Virus record (IMG/VR): IMGVR_UViG_3300025889_000115
Coordinates: 30-64,029 of that record
Length of the DNA stretch: 64,000 nucleotides
Reading direction: 5' to 3' (one strand)
Origin: a virus
Taxonomy: Duplodnaviria; Caudoviricetes
Shown: in pieces, positions 27,669 to 35,175 of the stretch
How the letters are laid out: the number at the start of each line of letters is the position of its first letter
Numbering within the stretch: position 1 is the first letter of the stretch
Notes under the pieces: generated by a model
The model's input: the letters and a program-made list of their open reading frames with translations, nothing else
Database searches by the model: none
Told to the model about the DNA's origin: nothing
Translations under genes and position numbers: made by a program

Positions 27669-27991
27669 TACAGGGTTGGGGCCACGCGGCCGTTTGAAAG
27701 CTGTTGCGCTTTGCGCCTAGCCTCTGCGGCATAGTGGTTTACAAAAGCGCTCTTGGACTTGCGCCCATCTACACGCCACACGCGGTAGCCATCGTCTGTT
27801 CGGCGGGAAACATACGACAGCTTGTTGTTTGACAACGCCTTGATGATGCGCTTGTAGATGACTTCGTTAGGGCAAAGGATGCTGTCGCCGGGCTTCATCT
27901 TTAGAGCCAGCTTTGTCTCCTCACTGGCATGGCGGCCCGGGCCATTGCCACGGTTAGGGATAGGGATGTTGCGTTCAATTTTAAGTGTCAT
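27668..27991 (-). CDS. Small putative DNA-binding protein
   Basis: KIER.IPIP...MKPGDS...GYRVWR; homolog at 60969. Confidence 0.7.
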   Translation of the reverse strand: MTLKIERNIPIPNRGNGPGRHASEETKLALKMKPGDSILCPNEVIYKRIIKALSNNKLSYVSRRTDDGYRVWRVDGRKSKSAFVNHYAAEARRKAQQLSNGRVAPTL

Positions 27992-27993
27992 AG

Positions 27994-28884
27994 CTAAACC
28001 CTCCAGGTTTCTCTTGCTATTTTGAGGATGTCAGGGCCATGTCGGCCCGCGATTTGACCAAAATCCGGCTGGACTAGGCCAAACAGGGTTGCCCAATTCT
28101 GGTTCGCAGCTTTGAGCAAATTCTGTTGCACCACCCAGCGCTGCACTACGTCTTGGTAGGTGGCTTCGAGAGCCTCCGGCTTTAGTGCATCACAGTTCTC
28201 GGCGGTGACGATGTTGTAGCCCGCAGGCGTCACAAACAGCAGGCCGGGCTCGTCGCCTGTGGCCTTGTTATAGACCGCCTGCTGCATGATTTGCTGGGGA
28301 GTGGGTTCTGTCTTGGGTTTCGGGTTGCGCCATGTGCGGGTGCCGTCCTTCTTCGGAGGGTTCCGCAGCGGCAGGCTGCACTTCAAGTCAATCTGTCGAC
28401 CAGCGCCCGTAAAGTCTTGGAACAGGATGACAGGGACATCCAGCTTCTCCTCGTTGTAGAGCCGCTGGTACTCGCCCTCGAAAGCGACTCCTTTATAGAA
28501 CTCGCGTATGCCTTCAACAGCGTATCGCGCCATTGTTGGGATGACTTCTTTGAAGTGGTGGTATTCCTCTGCATCCTTGCCTCCGTCCCAGTCTCTAGGC
28601 TTGTAAAACTCGAACTCTGTCAGGCCGCGACTGATTGCCTCGTCAATATCCATGGGCTCCTTGGGGCCATGGATGGGGCTGTAGTCGTGGACGCCCAGCG
28701 CCATGTCGGCTATGCTTTGTACTATCTGGCCAGCACGGGGCCGCGCAGCAAAGGGGAAGTTCATCTTGTGTTCTTTGCGTAGGTACAGCTTCAACACATG
28801 CTCATCAATCGGCTGCGTTGCGCCGGATGCACTGACATGCTTCCGCCCAAAGAACAAGCTGTAATCAGGGATTTCTCTTTGCAT
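27994..28884 (-). CDS. PD-(D/E)xK (RecB/Cas4-like) exonuclease
   Basis: E....D.....IDLK...Q.AVY motifs; adjacent to the annealing and SSB genes; GGAGGG RBS. Confidence 0.75.
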   Translation of the reverse strand: MQREIPDYSLFFGRKHVSASGATQPIDEHVLKLYLRKEHKMNFPFAARPRAGQIVQSIADMALGVHDYSPIHGPKEPMDIDEAISRGLTEFEFYKPRDWDGGKDAEEYHHFKEVIPTMARYAVEGIREFYKGVAFEGEYQRLYNEEKLDVPVILFQDFTGAGRQIDLKCSLPLRNPPKKDGTRTWRNPKPKTEPTPQQIMQQAVYNKATGDEPGLLFVTPAGYNIVTAENCDALKPEALEATYQDVVQRWVVQQNLLKAANQNWATLFGLVQPDFGQIAGRHGPDILKIARETWRV

Positions 28885-28902
28885 ATAACCCTCCATATCC
28901 CC

Positions 28903-28931
28903 GTTCTAACCACTTTCAACACAGGTGTCAA
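28903..28931 (-). promoter_or_regulatory. Sigma70 promoter for recombination operon
   Basis: TTGACA-17 bp-TAGAAC; hexamers identical and spacer varied at 62138..62166. Confidence 0.75.
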
Positions 28932-28933
28932 CT

Positions 28934-29131
28934 ATGTTTATTGTTTTTGATTCAGATGAATTGCTAGACTGCGAAAAGTGCGAGGGGAATGGTGTTATTC
29001 CCATTGACTTATACGAGCATAGCGAAATAGGGTTTGACATCACCCGCAGCTACTCATGGGAGTGCGGCGTTTGTGGAGGCGAGGGCAAGCTGATGCCCTA
29101 TTTTGAAATCGAGTATGATGCCGAGGCATGA
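28934..29131 (+). CDS. DnaJ-type zinc-finger small protein
   Basis: CxxCxGxG ... CxxCxGxG; homolog at 62169. Confidence 0.7.
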   Translation: MFIVFDSDELLDCEKCEGNGVIPIDLYEHSEIGFDITRSYSWECGVCGGEGKLMPYFEIEYDAEA

Positions 29132-29696
29132 GCAGATTCGCTGCCGGTATGCACATTGTGATGACGATGTGCCTGACGGCTGGGCGGTTTACCCGCTGGA
29201 CGGGTGGCATGGTGCCAAAGGCTATGTTCTGTGGAGCGAACACATGACCAATGGACGTGCAAAAGGCGCTCAGTTCGAGCGCGACGTGGCCCGCATGTGC
29301 CACAGTTCTCTAGGCTTCGATGCGAAACGAGACCTCGAGCAATACAGAAGCGGCGACCGAGGTGACCTGATTGGGGTGCCTGGCTGGGTCATAGAGTGTA
29401 AGCGTTATGCTTCGGGCTCGACATACAGAGATGAGTGGTGGGCGCAAGTAACCAAGGCGGCGGATGCTGCCATGTGTGAGCCCGTTTTAATTTACAAGTT
29501 CGACCGCCAGCCTGTCCGCTGCGTGGTGTACCTGTCGGCCATCAACCCCGACTATTGGGGCAAGGACGACGTGGCCACGGTTAGCTTCGACACTTGGTGC
29601 ATGATTGTCAGGGAGGGATTGACAGATGAAGACCGCAGACCAAATGACCCTAGAGGAGTTTCGCAACCTGTTGTCAGAGGTAACGGCTCCGCCTAA
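29115..29696 (+). CDS. Holliday junction resolvase-like nuclease (core starts at ATG 29244)
   Basis: RAKGAQFER...GDL....IECKRY...WW.Q motifs. Confidence 0.75.
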   Translation: MMPRHEQIRCRYAHCDDDVPDGWAVYPLDGWHGAKGYVLWSEHMTNGRAKGAQFERDVARMCHSSLGFDAKRDLEQYRSGDRGDLIGVPGWVIECKRYASGSTYRDEWWAQVTKAADAAMCEPVLIYKFDRQPVRCVVYLSAINPDYWGKDDVATVSFDTWCMIVREGLTDEDRRPNDPRGVSQPVVRGNGSA

Positions 29697-29826
29697 AGCA
29701 ACACCGCCACCAAAAGGCACTTATCAGCGCAAGACAAAGCCAACGGCGGCGCAGCAACCGTTCTGGAACAAGCGGAAGAAGGGGACAAACAAGCGTGTTA
29801 AACGCCGTTCTGCTTCTCGCACTTGA
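29626..29826 (+). CDS. Small basic hypothetical protein
   Basis: Homolog at 62862. Confidence 0.6.
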   Translation: MKTADQMTLEEFRNLLSEVTAPPKATPPPKGTYQRKTKPTAAQQPFWNKRKKGTNKRVKRRSASRT

Positions 29827-29992
29827 AGTGAGCCTGCATCGGCGCGGGGAATAGAGGGATGACTGCGTTAGCCATCTCCACGCCCCGCGCGTAGCACTCC
29901 GCCTCTGTCTTCTTTAAGCCTGTGGTGTCTTCAAAGAGGACGCACTGATTCGGCTGTCCTATCACGCACACCAGCATGAGCGTCTTGAACAT
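29798..29992 (-). CDS. Small exported Cys-containing protein
   Basis: Hydrophobic N-terminus, EC...C pattern, AAGGAG RBS; homolog at 63034. Confidence 0.65.
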   Translation of the reverse strand: MFKTLMLVCVIGQPNQCVLFEDTTGLKKTEAECYARGVEMANAVIPLFPAPMQAHFKCEKQNGV

Positions 29993-30040
29993 GTCAACGC
30001 TCCTTTCTTTGCCAGTCTAGCATTAAGTGGGGGGATATTG

Positions 30041-30931
30041 CTAATCGCCCCCTTCCCATGTCGGCGGTGTGTGGTCCGGTCCGTAAAACTCCTCCGGCAT
30101 CTTGTTGTTTTTTGCTAGGTTTTCTTCTGCGGTAATCACTTGCAGATTCCACGGTACATGCAGCCCCCAGACGGTTTCCCCTTTCCTTGGGTAGTAATGG
30201 TCAACGTGGTGCCTTACGCCGGTCTGGCGCGTCTTTCTCGCGGCCTCTTTGTAGAATGGAGCGAAGACCTTCGGGTCAATGCCCTTTAGCGTTGCTTCTC
30301 TCAAGTACCTTCGGCGCAGTTGCGCCTCAAGCTTCCGCTGCTCTCTGTGTTCGATGTCCTCCGCCCACCGTTCCCGCTGGCGCGTCCGGTGCCGTTCTTT
30401 GCGCTTCTGTTTCTTTTCTTCGGGGACATCCACGAAATAACGCTGGTAGTGTTCGCGGTGCAGATTGGGGTTTTCCTCAAAGCATTTCTTGCGCCACTCT
30501 CTATAACGTTCTCTGCCGCCGCGCTCGTGGTAGTATTCGTAATGAGATTGCAGGACTTTCTCGCGGTTCTCACGCTTCCATCTCTTTGCGCTTTCCTTTT
30601 GACAAGCTACGCAATGCCCATAAGGCAGCATCCTTTCGGACAGGTGCCCTTTGGGGCAGGGTTTACCATTGAAGTAGAACCGTTGTCCGGCTTTCTCTGC
30701 CTCCTGCCGGGTCATTATCTTCTGGCCAATCTTAGCCTCTAACTCTGCGACGTGCCGCGCCCGCGCCTCTTTCCTTTTCTTAGGGCATCTGTTTTTGTGC
30801 CGGTTGCACTCTGTGCAGACGCCCGGCCCGCTGACATGTCTCGGTGCCACATGCCCGTTCTTGCACGGCTTGCCTGTGAAGTAAAATTTGAGCCCCCTTT
30901 CCCTAGCCTCCTGTTTAGTGATGATTTCCAT
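30041..30931 (-). CDS. HNH endonuclease with two Zn-finger repeats
   Basis: HVDH..P...[16 protein letters not shown]; two (I/M)T.QEA...YF.GKPC..GH...R...C..C repeats. Confidence 0.88.
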   Translation of the reverse strand: MEIITKQEARERGLKFYFTGKPCKNGHVAPRHVSGPGVCTECNRHKNRCPKKRKEARARHVAELEAKIGQKIMTRQEAEKAGQRFYFNGKPCPKGHLSERMLPYGHCVACQKESAKRWKRENREKVLQSHYEYYHERGGRERYREWRKKCFEENPNLHREHYQRYFVDVPEEKKQKRKERHRTRQRERWAEDIEHREQRKLEAQLRRRYLREATLKGIDPKVFAPFYKEAARKTRQTGVRHHVDHYYPRKGETVWGLHVPWNLQVITAEENLAKNNKMPEEFYGPDHTPPTWEGGD

Positions 30932-30979
30932 GTCTGTGCCTCCTCTTTACAGACGTTTTGAAATGTGATATTTGAGTTT

Positions 30980-31157
30980 CTCATTGTCACGCGGCAGACA
31001 TGTAACTGCCGTGTCATTGTTGCCGCAGTGTCATTGCTGACACAGAAACAAAACAAATCTATTTCTAAAAAAGACATTGTTCAGTCATTGCGATGCAGTA
31101 CTGCTCCAGCAATGACATTGCAGTAGCAATGACATTGCCAGAGATTTTTTTTAGATT
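30980..31157. promoter_or_regulatory. Non-coding palindrome/iteron array with AT-rich tracts (origin or operator candidate)
   Basis: GCAATGACATTGC at 31109 and 31126, several GTCATTG half-sites, A/T tracts on both sides. Confidence 0.55.
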
Positions 31158-31331
31158 TTATTTTTGCTCCAGTTCCAAGGCTTGCAGCGCCAGCTCTACA
31201 GTACGCGGTATGTCATGTTCTCCGCTTTCGTAATACTGGACGGTACGTCTGGCCAATCCTAGTCGTTCAGCAAAACTCTGCTGTGTGTGGCCAAGCATCT
31301 CCCGCCTGTGTTTCAGGTCATTAGCGGTCAC
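31158..31331 (-). CDS. XRE/Cro-family HTH regulator (57 aa, not in ORF track)
   Basis: MTANDLKHRREMLGHTQQSFAERLGLARRTVQYYESGEHDIPRTVELAL...; AAGGAGG RBS, GTG start. Confidence 0.85.
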   Translation of the reverse strand: MTANDLKHRREMLGHTQQSFAERLGLARRTVQYYESGEHDIPRTVELALQALELEQK

Positions 31332-31557
31332 TGCCCCATACCTCCTTTTTCTCTATCCAGTGTGGCTCGGATGCTGTCACCACCTCTGCGATGGCCCAGC
31401 TTGAGATGCTGTACTCGCCAGGCACATAGTCCTTGCTCTGTCTTTTCTCTATGACGGCTTGCGCTTCTTCAAGCGTGTCTGCCAGTTCGTAGTTGTCCCG
31501 GTAGCTAGGTCCGCCATGTGTGCGGCTAAACTCCAGCGTGGTTACGATGATGTACAT
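31321..31557 (-). CDS. Early hypothetical protein
   Basis: AGGAGG RBS; part of a tightly packed operon. Confidence 0.65.
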   Translation of the reverse strand: MYIIVTTLEFSRTHGGPSYRDNYELADTLEEAQAVIEKRQSKDYVPGEYSISSWAIAEVVTASEPHWIEKKEVWGSDR

Positions 31558-31560
31558 GTT

Positions 31561-31755
31561 TCAGCCCTCCTTTGTGCTGATGTAGATGTGATGACTCCTG
31601 ACCATCCATGATGCACTGTGGATGCTTTCCCTGACGGCATCGCGCCATTCGTCGTCATAGTTCTCTGGTGCGCAGTCCATCCTTTCCAGCATTTCAGATG
31701 CCGCCTGTATGACCTCGATGAAAGCCCGTTTCTGTGCCTCGTTTATGATGTGCAT
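31561..31755 (-). CDS. Early hypothetical protein
   Basis: Packed operon, GAGG RBS. Confidence 0.6.
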   Translation of the reverse strand: MHIINEAQKRAFIEVIQAASEMLERMDCAPENYDDEWRDAVRESIHSASWMVRSHHIYISTKEG

Positions 31756-31946
31756 GGGTTGCCCCTCTCTTTCTCTGCTATGCGCTCCAGCCCTTCGAGC
31801 GTTGTCCTTTCACGGGACAGTTCGCGCTCTATTGCCTCGGCTTTGTTCAATGCTTCGGCACGTTGTCCTGCCAAGCCCTCAATGACTCGCAACTGCCGGT
31901 CAATCTCGTTGGACCAGTAGGCAGCGGCCCTTGTTAGTTCCTGCAT
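31743..31946 (-). CDS. Early coiled-coil protein
   Basis: GAGGAGG RBS; heptad pattern. Confidence 0.6.
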   Translation of the reverse strand: MQELTRAAAYWSNEIDRQLRVIEGLAGQRAEALNKAEAIERELSRERTTLEGLERIAEKERGNPCTS

Positions 31947-32215
31947 GGTGTTTCCTCCTCTTCCATGTCTTCGGCTATTAGCTGTTTGGTTGCGTCAATC
32001 TTTGCTTCATCAATCGTGCAAGAAAGCATGACCAGTCCGGCGTCCCTGCCGTCACGGCAGTTATGTGCCAGTCTCAGCACGGCATGGTGGAACATCAGCG
32101 ACAGGTTATAGGCTGTCTCCATGACTCCGTCGTGCGGGTGGTTGTTCACTGCATCCATGCAAGCCCGCAGGAATTCCGCGTCATGCTCTGTCAATGGGTT
32201 GTCTTCGCTGTTCAT
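31934..32215 (-). CDS. Early hypothetical protein (MNSED...)
   Basis: Start within the 20-bp repeat GGAGGAAGAGAAATGAACAG. Confidence 0.6.
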   Translation of the reverse strand: MNSEDNPLTEHDAEFLRACMDAVNNHPHDGVMETAYNLSLMFHHAVLRLAHNCRDGRDAGLVMLSCTIDEAKIDATKQLIAEDMEEEETPCRN

Positions 32216-32400
32216 TTCTCTTCCTCCCATTCGTCAGCTTCAATCAGTCCGACCTCTTGTTCGCAATCTGAACACCATTGCGAAACGTCATCACTGAACC
32301 ATTGTTTGCGGCTGTTGCAAAAGAAGCGGTTAGCGTGCCATTCACTGCCGCCGCATTCCTCGCAGACATAGTCTGTCTGCTCAAAATCAAAGCTGCTCAT
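32212..32400 (-). CDS. Small Zn-ribbon protein
   Basis: CEECG...CSDC. Confidence 0.65.
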   Translation of the reverse strand: MSSFDFEQTDYVCEECGGSEWHANRFFCNSRKQWFSDDVSQWCSDCEQEVGLIEADEWEEEK

Positions 32401-32594
32401 TTCTCCAGCCTCCTAGCTACTGCCTTTTCAACCAACTGCTCGAACCATTCGCCGTCAGTGATAACGTCTATTTCATGCTGGACGTATTCGCGAAGCCAGC
32501 CCGGTGAGACGTTGCTTGCATCCCACGGCCTCGCTTCATCGCCCATGCCCTCGCATATTGCGTCAATGATTGCTTGCTTCAAAACACTGTTCAT
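32397..32594 (-). CDS. Early hypothetical protein (MNSVL...)
   Basis: Start within the second copy of the 20-bp repeat. Confidence 0.6.
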   Translation of the reverse strand: MNSVLKQAIIDAICEGMGDEARPWDASNVSPGWLREYVQHEIDVITDGEWFEQLVEKAVARRLEK

Positions 32595-32731
32595 TTCTCT
32601 TCCTCCTCTTTCGCGTCCTGCTCGGACCATTCGTCGGCTGTCATCACATGCCAGCTTCGACATTCGGGACAGCTTTCTACGCGCCCCTCGGCTTGCCAGT
32701 GGTGGTTGCAGTTTCCACAATCGTGGTTCAT
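32591..32731 (-). CDS. Small Zn-ribbon protein (46 aa)
   Basis: Own translation MNHDCGNCNHHW...CPECRS...; AGGAGG RBS. Confidence 0.65.
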   Translation of the reverse strand: MNHDCGNCNHHWQAEGRVESCPECRSWHVMTADEWSEQDAKEEEEK

Positions 32732-32743
32732 GTCTCTGTCCTC

Positions 32744-32875
32744 CTATTTGATGCCGACCAGCCAAGCGAATGCCTGCCAGCCCCAAGCGTCAGGGCCAGT
32801 TAAAAAGCCCCAGATGAAAAGCCCGGCCAGCGTCATGCTGGCCAAAGCTTCTAGAACGATTGCAAGGCGGGTCAT
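32744..32875 (-). CDS. Small membrane protein
   Basis: MTRLAIVLEALASMTLAGLFIWGFL...; AGGAGG RBS. Confidence 0.6.
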   Translation of the reverse strand: MTRLAIVLEALASMTLAGLFIWGFLTGPDAWGWQAFAWLVGIK

Positions 32876-33033
32876 TGCTCTGCCTCCTGTAGCGTTATGG
32901 GGTATTCCATGCGGGTGCAACGCTCTTGCGCCTCTTGCCAAGTCTGAAACAATTCCTCTCCGACGTACCTGTCCCCGAATAGCTGGTCGATGCCAGCGAT
33001 GACCCACAGTTGAGTCTTGTCTTGCTCTGTCAT
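32872..33033 (-). CDS. Early hypothetical protein
   Basis: AAGGAGG RBS with ATGA overlaps. Confidence 0.6.
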   Translation of the reverse strand: MTEQDKTQLWVIAGIDQLFGDRYVGEELFQTWQEAQERCTRMEYPITLQEAEQ

Positions 33034-33245
33034 TGCTTTGCCTCCTTCATAAATAACTGGCAACGTCTCTTCGCGTTGCTTATGTCGTTCATGGCCCAAT
33101 CCAGCACGTCCGAATTCACAAACCCGGTCTCGTGCAATTCTGCCTCTGCCGTGGCCAGTGAGTTAAGAGCGCGTGCGGCTCTGGTATAAGCCTCACTGAC
33201 TGGCGGTGTCGCCTCCCGGCGTCGTTTGGTTCTTGTGTTGTCCAT
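33030..33245 (-). CDS. Early hypothetical protein
   Basis: GGAGG RBS. Confidence 0.6.
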   Translation of the reverse strand: MDNTRTKRRREATPPVSEAYTRAARALNSLATAEAELHETGFVNSDVLDWAMNDISNAKRRCQLFMKEAKQ

Positions 33246-33247
33246 GT

Positions 33248-33448
33248 CTATGCCTCCAATCCCTTTTGTTGACGGTACACTTGCACCAACCCGGCGTGAT
33301 AACCACGCTGGGACTCGGTGTCTGCCGGGTCAACCCGGAACATATACAGCGCGTCGTCTAGGTCATAGACTTGGCCCTTTGCCACCTCTAGCTTGGCGGC
33401 ATGAATGCCCCGGATGTAGTCCCGGTTAAGCTCAACAATATCTCCCAT
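33248..33448 (-). CDS. Early hypothetical protein
   Basis: GGAG RBS; Y.RG / .RGY..G motifs. Confidence 0.6.
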   Translation of the reverse strand: MGDIVELNRDYIRGIHAAKLEVAKGQVYDLDDALYMFRVDPADTESQRGYHAGLVQVYRQQKGLEA

Positions 33449-33463
33449 TTCTAAGCCACTCCC

Positions 33464-34231
33464 TTAGTGTGTGATGAATGCGACGGGCTTTGAAGCTTGC
33501 CAGCACAAGCCACAAGCGCCGCATGATGGGGCCAGCGTTTCCTCGCCTTTCTTGGCAAGCTGGCCGGTGGTCTTGCTGATTTGCGTCGGACAGGTGAAAG
33601 CCTGTTTAGACGCCAGCAAGTCTTGGGTGCGTTCATCGTCTGCCGACAATGCCGCAAAACTGTCATTGAATGAGCCAGAGAACCGGACAGCCCACCGAAT
33701 GCCGCATTCCCGGCGCAAGGTGGCCAGAGCTTGGCCTATGGCCCGCTCTTGGCTGTCAACAGCGTCTGGTTGATTGGCCGTGTATCCGTATACATGCAGC
33801 GCCGGGAACATGCCGAGCCATTTGGCCCATTGCGCGACATAGGCGACGGAATAGAAGTCGCCAAGGACATGCAAGCGCACTAAAAAGCCATTCGGGTGCT
33901 TGGCTTGGTAATGGGCAAGGTCTGATTCTATTTGCTGCAGCAAAGCATCGTCCGCCTTGTACCGTGTCGCGTTCATCATGTTATTGCCATAGCAATCATT
34001 CCAATGGGCGCAAGAGCGCGGGCAGGTGGCGCGTTCTTCCAGTGTCAAAGTGAAGATGGGAAAGCCAGACAGCTTGCCCTTGGTTACACGCTTGCCAAGC
34101 TTGGCGTTGGTGCTGGCTTTAATTGCCCGCTCGGTCTTGGCCATACCATCGGCCACGCTCTTAGCCCGCAAGTCATGGTAAACGCTACGTCCGGCCATTA
34201 CGGCCATTTCAGTCTTGGTTAATTGTTTCAT
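33464..34231 (-). CDS. GP88-like Cys-rich protein (radical-SAM-like fold)
   Basis: True start ATG 34231 with GGAGGG RBS; TCP.SC.....CY, RLHVLGDF, YGYT, CP...C..C.LCW. Confidence 0.7.
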   Translation of the reverse strand: MKQLTKTEMAVMAGRSVYHDLRAKSVADGMAKTERAIKASTNAKLGKRVTKGKLSGFPIFTLTLEERATCPRSCAHWNDCYGNNMMNATRYKADDALLQQIESDLAHYQAKHPNGFLVRLHVLGDFYSVAYVAQWAKWLGMFPALHVYGYTANQPDAVDSQERAIGQALATLRRECGIRWAVRFSGSFNDSFAALSADDERTQDLLASKQAFTCPTQISKTTGQLAKKGEETLAPSCGACGLCWQASKPVAFITH

Positions 34232-34265
34232 CGCTTTGCCCTCCAGCACGATTGAACATGATTCC

Positions 34266-34294
34266 CATATGGCGCATTGGTTGCGCCTAGTCAA
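34266..34294 (-). promoter_or_regulatory. Early promoter with palindromic operator in spacer
   Basis: TTGACT-17 bp-CATATG-like -10; the spacer holds the perfect inverted repeat GGCGCA-N5-TGCGCC (34271-34287). Confidence 0.55.
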
Positions 34295-34368
34295 TAGCAA
34301 AAAGCACGGCAAAGTAAAAAAAAGACACAGGCATGTTGTGAGCGTGTATATACTAAAGCATGACGATG

Positions 34369-34404
34369 GATGGTTGCGATGATGGTTGCGATGATGGTTG
34401 GTTG
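34369..34404. repeat. 12-bp tandem repeat GATGGTTGCGAT (two exact copies + one partial)
   Basis: Read directly in the early/late intergenic region. Confidence 0.85.
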
Positions 34405-34467
34405 TGCCTGTCAGTAAACACAGAGAAGACACATCCACACGCGGCAATGTATATATGTGGCATTTAT

Positions 34468-34516
34468 GCAACAGTGTTGCCCTGGCGCAACAGTGACATA
34501 TCCGCAACAGTGTTGC
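34468..34516. promoter_or_regulatory. Array of GCAACAGTGTTGC palindromes upstream of terS
   Basis: Copies at 34468 and 34504, partial copy at 34487. Confidence 0.6.
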
Positions 34517-34636
34517 ATCGCGGCCACAGGCAGGGGGGGATGTTTGGAGCCCGACCACCCCCAGCGCGCGGGGCCACTCTGTATATGTGTTAACTGACCT
34601 CTGCACACTCACACATCACTCACACTCGGAGGAACC

Positions 34637-35017
34637 ATGGGCAAGATTACGAAGGCAAACACGACACGGGTCATTGAGCTACTGAGCGAAGGCCATAGCT
34701 TGGTGAAGGCTTGCGAGGGCGCGGGCATATCCCGTGCTGGCGCATACAAGCGCATGAGGGCCGATGAGGAGTTTCGGGCGGCTGTGTACACGGCAAGGGC
34801 TGAGAGCGCTGAGAAGGCTCTGGAGGAGCTTGACGGCATGTATATGAACGCACTGGAGGGGCGTAAGAGGTATGACCCCAACATACTACGGGACTATGCG
34901 CAACACGTGCGCTGGCGTGCTAAGACTTCTATGCCTGAGCAATATGGCGAGTCCAAGAACCGGGCTGGCGTCGAGGTGAGTGACGGCACGGTTCGGATTC
35001 TGTGGGAGACAGATTGA
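34637..35017 (+). CDS. terS: Terminase small subunit
   Basis: HTH N-terminus (G.SL..AC..AGISR) and F...Y.AR; GGAGG RBS; upstream of terL. Confidence 0.8.
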   Translation: MGKITKANTTRVIELLSEGHSLVKACEGAGISRAGAYKRMRADEEFRAAVYTARAESAEKALEELDGMYMNALEGRKRYDPNILRDYAQHVRWRAKTSMPEQYGESKNRAGVEVSDGTVRILWETD

Positions 35018-35175
35018 TGAAATGTCCTAATTGCGAAACAGGAATGATACATGGCGGGGACCACGATGACGAAGACATGAACGGGCGTGGTTACATAGCT
35101 AGCAATCTAATTTGCCCTGACTGCGATACATTCATGCTTATTTACACGCCAATAGAGGACTCAGATGGACGTTAA
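35017..35175 (+). CDS. Small Zn-finger protein between terS and terL
   Basis: Own translation MKCPNC...GGDHD...NLICPDC; 52 aa. Confidence 0.7.
   Translation: MKCPNCETGMIHGGDHDDEDMNGRGYIASNLICPDCDTFMLIYTPIEDSDGR

Noticed and set aside
30980-34516. CRISPR mini-array in the intergenic repeats
   Set aside because: Repeats are 12-13 bp with 0-6 bp gaps, not repeat-spacer units; no cas operon
34232-34612. N-terminal extension of ORF 33464..34612
   Set aside because: Runs through promoter and repeats; a good RBS and ATG lie at 34231
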